From Escherichia phage ECP2301, in the sequence record OR880646.1: 64,000 nt of DNA; one strand, given 5' to 3'. The notes under the pieces were generated by a model, which ran no database searches, was not told where the DNA came from, and was given only the letters and a program-made list of their open reading frames with translations. A program made the position numbers and the translations under genes. Below are positions 60,311 to 64,000 of this stretch, one piece after another; the stretch's first letter is position 1; every line of letters begins with the position of its first letter.

Positions 60311-61149
60311 TAGAATGCTCCTTGGAAAATATTATCACCACAAGTAGGTCTATTATACAAATACTCTATGCCACCAGGTTTAATATAGTTCCATGTCTGA
60401 AACGGATGTGTCTGATATGGATGATATAGATGATTATAAGGATTAAATCCAGGCGTTCTCCAGGTAGTGTTCCAACGAAAAGAATCATTTTTAATCATCT
60501 TTTCAATTATATCTTTTATAGCTTTTTCACTATCAAAACTTTCTTTATTTTCCTTTGGTGAAAAAAGCTTATTTTCTACATCATTCCATGTATAAACTCG
60601 CTGCGCAGTTTTTGGAATATTGTCACGCTCTCCTCGAGCCATCCAATAAACAGGAACATTTAATATTTCACTCGCATGATCGCAATGGTGCGCTAGATCG
60701 TCAATATAACAAATCACGTTATATTTCTCTTTTGCCTTTTTGAATAACTCTTCTTTTGAAGAATCATGACCACACATCATTACTTCTGAGAAGGCACCAG
60801 GAAAAAGAGCATTCAAATTAAATTGACGATTCAACAGAGCGTCAATAGAATCACCCAATGCTGTAACAGCTACAAAATTATAATCTTCTTTTAGTTTGTT
60901 AATTACGCACAGGGCATCTTTATATGGAGACAGGTAACGAATAAAATCTGATCGATTGTATTTTTCAATTAGCTTGACACCAAGTTCTTCATCACAATTA
61001 AAGAGTTTACCTGGAGAAATAAATTTCTCATCTTGGATCATTTTTAAAATATGTTCTAACGGAAGATTATATTTCTGAGCAAAATAAGGAAGACCTGATT
61101 GCCAGCTTAAACATACTCCATCAATATCAGTCAAAATAGTAGGCTTCAT
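60310..61149 (-). CDS. HAD-superfamily-like hydrolase (T4 30.2 position)
   Basis: HAD motif I ILTDIDGV at N-terminus, later DD motif (CYIDDLAHH); 279 aa. Confidence 0.55.
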   Translation of the reverse strand: MKPTILTDIDGVCLSWQSGLPYFAQKYNLPLEHILKMIQDEKFISPGKLFNCDEELGVKLIEKYNRSDFIRYLSPYKDALCVINKLKEDYNFVAVTALGDSIDALLNRQFNLNALFPGAFSEVMMCGHDSSKEELFKKAKEKYNVICYIDDLAHHCDHASEILNVPVYWMARGERDNIPKTAQRVYTWNDVENKLFSPKENKESFDSEKAIKDIIEKMIKNDSFRWNTTWRTPGFNPYNHLYHPYQTHPFQTWNYIKPGGIEYLYNRPTCGDNIFQGAF

Positions 61150-61610
61150 AGAGAGTCTCTTAGTAGGTTTAACACATCAATAAATTCAGCTTCGGTTAGT
61201 ATTGTATCATCTTTTGTTAGACCACTAGCCATGCTGTGCTTCAAAACTTTTCCTTTCGAGGCTTGTAATGCATCACGAAAGCCCCTGTTTTGGATCGCTG
61301 CTTCAAAATATGCATTTGTGTATAATTCTTTCCACGCCGGGGAGTATCTTGAAAACGGAACTCCAAGCCAGAAGAGGGTCCCACGGTCCTGAGCTCTAGC
61401 ATAAGCTCGTCCAGCTTGTTGGGCGGCAAGCCCGGATAACCCAAATATACGACGTTGCTGTTCAATATTTTTCACCTTACACCCTTGGAGGAATCCTTCG
61501 AGACCTCCAAATTGGATACCATCCATAACAAAAGGCCATTGGGCGAAATTACTTAATGCGCATGATGGCCATTTAAAATTGCTTCTTATCTCTAGCTCAG
61601 ACATTTTCAA
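61146..61610 (-). CDS. NADAR/YbiA-like (DUF1768-type) protein
   Basis: Motif block LSNFAQWPFVMDGIQFGGLEGFLQGCK parallels the YbiA/NADAR signature (SNF..WP...DG..F...E.F.Q..K); 154 aa. Confidence 0.55.
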   Translation of the reverse strand: MKMSELEIRSNFKWPSCALSNFAQWPFVMDGIQFGGLEGFLQGCKVKNIEQQRRIFGLSGLAAQQAGRAYARAQDRGTLFWLGVPFSRYSPAWKELYTNAYFEAAIQNRGFRDALQASKGKVLKHSMASGLTKDDTILTEAEFIDVLNLLRDSL

Positions 61611-61803
61611 TACTTATAATTTCAACATCAGCCCAATGACCATAGCAAGGAAGACGAAATTCAACTGGCCAGTTAGGGTCCTTTTCTAATATAATAGACT
61701 CAACTTTCGGTTCTTCATGTTCATCAGTATATGGATTTTTATCTGTTACTTTATATGTGACCTTAATGTACTGAATTCCAAAAATCTTATTAATTATATT
61801 CAT
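61597..61803 (-). CDS. hypothetical protein (68 aa)
   Basis: ORF in operon-like array with overlapping start/stop. Confidence 0.45.
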   Translation of the reverse strand: MNIINKIFGIQYIKVTYKVTDKNPYTDEHEEPKVESIILEKDPNWPVEFRLPCYGHWADVEIISIENV

Positions 61804-61997
61804 ACTAATTCCTTTAATCCGTAAATAGGAGATAATTCATCACCCATACGAAGGTCTTCATTTCCATCTACCCAGGAAACAATATAAGCCTCTTTTATTT
61901 GAATACCACTCCATTTAAATGGAGGTAGAACCTTAGAAATTAATCCAGGTATACCAACTCCCTTTAATTCAACAGTTTGACCTAAAAAGAATTTCAT
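61800..61997 (-). CDS. hypothetical protein (65 aa)
   Basis: ORF in operon-like array. Confidence 0.45.
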   Translation of the reverse strand: MKFFLGQTVELKGVGIPGLISKVLPPFKWSGIQIKEAYIVSWVDGNEDLRMGDELSPIYGLKELV

Positions 61998-62284
61998 TAG
62001 AACCTCATCTGAAAACCGTGCGATTTAACATTACCGCCGCCAATATCAGAAATATTAATTTCACGCGCAATTGAAGGGTCAATGTCAATTTCACGATTGA
62101 GTTTAGTGATAGCTAAAGTATCGCGGCCATTTACAGTACGGAACTCTAAAGGGCAGACTACATTAACATAGTTTTTAATCGATTCACTGGTAGGTTGCAA
62201 ATGAGCAGGAAGGTCTTTAGGCGCCTTAGAGAAAACCACTTCACAGAAATTTTTGCGGGTGTCAAAATAAGTAGTCATAAACAT
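61997..62284 (-). CDS. hypothetical protein (95 aa)
   Basis: ORF; GAGGA ribosome-binding site after intercistronic hairpin. Confidence 0.5.
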   Translation of the reverse strand: MFMTTYFDTRKNFCEVVFSKAPKDLPAHLQPTSESIKNYVNVVCPLEFRTVNGRDTLAITKLNREIDIDPSIAREINISDIGGGNVKSHGFQMRF

Positions 62285-62301
62285 AGTATTTTCCTCAGTA
62301 A

Positions 62302-62315
62302 GGGGCCGAAGCCCC
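62302..62315 (-). other. intercistronic hairpin GGGGCCGAAGCCCC (third copy)
   Basis: Identical 14-mer to 785-798 and 41592-41605; followed by ribosome-binding site and ATG of next gene rather than a U-tract. Confidence 0.45.
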
Positions 62316-62325
62316 TCATTTTATT

Positions 62326-62691
62326 TTAAATATCAAATTCGTTAAGAACTACATCAAAGATTGCTTCAAGATGCTCAGGTTTAGCTCTGTTACTCAGAAT
62401 ATGACGGATCCAAGTTTTAACCAGAAGCTTGCGATTAACGCCATTCCAGCAAGGATGAGTCCCTAAATCGCGTTGACGAAAATCATCATCCAGGGCGATT
62501 TTGAAGTTGGAACCTTCCATTGTGATTGAAACCGTGATGCCATTTTCAAATCGCATATAAACGTAGTTAGGAGTCATATACTGTTCAATTTCGCATACTG
62601 ATCCATTTTGATGTTTCCAAAGGCAAATAGTATCAATAGAACCTGCAATACCATTAGAAACATATTTACGTTCAAAGTTGATGTAGTTCAT
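62326..62691 (-). CDS. hypothetical protein (121 aa)
   Basis: ORF followed by GGGGCCGAAGCCCC hairpin. Confidence 0.5.
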   Translation of the reverse strand: MNYINFERKYVSNGIAGSIDTICLWKHQNGSVCEIEQYMTPNYVYMRFENGITVSITMEGSNFKIALDDDFRQRDLGTHPCWNGVNRKLLVKTWIRHILSNRAKPEHLEAIFDVVLNEFDI

Positions 62692-62759
62692 TTTTATTCT
62701 CCGAGATGTTTAATTGCGGTACATGTATATAATATCATATCCTGTACCAAAGTAAACAA

Positions 62760-63092
62760 TTATTTTACTACTTTCCAGTGCTGCATGTCAAGTTTACCAA
62801 CTTTTTTCATCTTCTCAATTAAGCGTTCTGCGCGTTGGCGAGCTGTAACATAATGCCATTCACCTAATTCATTTTGTTCAATTTTTCCAACGATTACTGT
62901 ATTCAATTCATAAATCCAACCAGTAAAGAAATTATGAACTTGAATTGTAAAGGTGAAATCTGTTCCCATACCTTCTGTTGTTTCTACTTCAATAATATCA
63001 CCTTCAACTGCCATTAAGAACCACATAGTTTCATCATATTTACCATTGAAGCATTTAGTTTTAACTGCAGCGTTCAGATTAATCGTTTTCAT
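62760..63092 (-). CDS. hypothetical protein (110 aa)
   Basis: ORF driven by early-type promoter 63120-63149. Confidence 0.5.
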   Translation of the reverse strand: MKTINLNAAVKTKCFNGKYDETMWFLMAVEGDIIEVETTEGMGTDFTFTIQVHNFFTGWIYELNTVIVGKIEQNELGEWHYVTARQRAERLIEKMKKVGKLDMQHWKVVK

Positions 63093-63119
63093 TTTATTCT
63101 CCTTTGTTTGTGTAAGATA

Positions 63120-63149
63120 ATACTATCACAAAGGAACCATACTGTAAAC
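63120..63149 (-). promoter_or_regulatory. T4 early-type promoter (GTTTACA-N17-TAGTAT)
   Basis: -35 at 63143-63149, -10 at 63120-63125. Confidence 0.6.
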
Positions 63150-63169
63150 AACTTTGTGCAATCTTTGGA

Positions 63170-63197
63170 AAATAAAAAAGGACTCCCGAAGGAGTCC
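63170..63197 (-). terminator. intrinsic terminator hairpin plus U-tract
   Basis: GGACTCC-CGAA-GGAGTCC; revcomp of A-tract 63170-63179 gives U-run. Confidence 0.6.
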
Positions 63198-63202
63198 TCA
63201 AC

Positions 63203-63379
63203 TTATGCTTTCTGCTTACCAAAACGAGAAGCATCATCTCGAAGAACCGCACGTGCTCGGCGCATGATCTTCTCAACAGTTTGATTGATACGAGAGTTCG
63301 ACCCACGCTTGTAGCCAGCGCGTTTAGAATCACCAACTTTCTTTTCAACTGCTTTCTTTGCTTTAGCTTGTTTTGCCAT
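63203..63379 (-). CDS. small basic protein (58 aa)
   Basis: ATG at 63379 (MAKQAKAKKAVEKK...); track ORF extended upstream; terminator hairpin plus U-tract downstream. Confidence 0.5.
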   Translation of the reverse strand: MAKQAKAKKAVEKKVGDSKRAGYKRGSNSRINQTVEKIMRRARAVLRDDASRFGKQKA

Positions 63380-63777
63380 TATAAATTCTCTTTTAAATGA
63401 AAATGCAGGACTTATTGGCATTGCCTGCGCAAGCCCTCAAGGGGAACATAGGTTTTTGAATATTTAACGACCAGGATAACCATAAACCCGTCATCATACC
63501 TTATAGCTCTTATCTGTTGCACACCGTTAGCTTAAAGGTTCCGGGTTCGATTTCTCGAGGATAAGATATATACTGATGGATATATAGGCCTTGAGGCGTA
63601 CTCCCGATTGGCCATCACCTCGGGGTAGCATGCACTTGCCGCTATAAGAATAACATTCAAGAGGTACACCGTAAAACTGCCGGGGTCTTAAAACTATAAT
63701 GATTCGCAAATCATTAATCAGACAGTTCGACGGCTCCTCGTTTTAACTTCACACTAAGGCAGTGACTCTCCAATAAA

Positions 63778-64000
63778 TTACTTCAGTGTTACCACAAAGT
63801 GACGAACTGCTTTTCGTGCAGCAGAAGCCAGAGGCTTAGCATATTTAAGTTCATCTTTTTCCTGAAGCTCAGCAGCTAATGCAGTTTGAGCAGGATTCAG
63901 ATGTTTGAAATAACGCAGGATTTCAAGAGCTTCGGCTTCAACATCAATAGATGCGCCATAGTTTTCGTGACCATTATTCCATGCGTTTCGTTGCAGTTCA
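63778..64000 (-). CDS. partial CDS, C-terminal fragment (runs off window end)
   Basis: Hand translation of minus strand ends ...KYAKPLASAARKAVRHFVVTLK then TAA at 63778-63780; possibly rIII by position only. Confidence 0.4.
   Translation of the reverse strand, partial: ELQRNAWNNGHENYGASIDVEAEALEILRYFKHLNPAQTALAAELQEKDELKYAKPLASAARKAVRHFVVTLK

Noticed and set aside
63527-63709. 60-aa minus-strand ORF in the intergenic segment
   Set aside because: Begins with TTG rather than ATG, has no ribosome-binding site and a low-complexity sequence; the region is treated as non-coding.

Overview
This window is a contiguous segment of a T4-like (Tevenvirinae) myovirus genome; almost every gene matches the phage T4 order and protein lengths. 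Calls rest on reading the supplied translations, motifs and synteny, not on database searches. Minus strand, 1-8700: small early genes behind repeated GTTTACA-N17-TAnTAT early promoters, three internal-protein-like genes with an N-terminal capsid-targeting sequence, an 11-tRNA cluster (4259-5276) and a tRNA-like stable-RNA candidate, then 57B, 57A, gene 1 (dNMP kinase), 3, 2 and 4. Plus strand, 10053-39998: the late morphogenesis block 53, 5 (hub and lysozyme), 5.1, 5.4 (PAAR), 6 to 12, wac, 13 to 20, 67, 68, 21, 22, 23 and 24, with TATAAATA late promoters and tetraloop hairpin terminators. 40028-53809: rnlB, hoc, inh, uvsW, uvsY, 25, 26, 51, 27, 28, 29, 48, 54. Minus strand, 53838-64000: two tandem Alt-like ADP-ribosyltransferases, DNA ligase (30) and a string of small genes including a HAD-like hydrolase and a NADAR/YbiA-like protein. 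Most notable departures from a plain T4 layout: a 288-bp in-frame tandem duplication inside hoc, a 157-aa capsid-targeted protein gene flanked by mirrored terminator hairpins, the Alt-like paralog pair with a nearby NADAR-like gene, and three tRNAs (Tyr, Asn, His) beyond the canonical T4 set.
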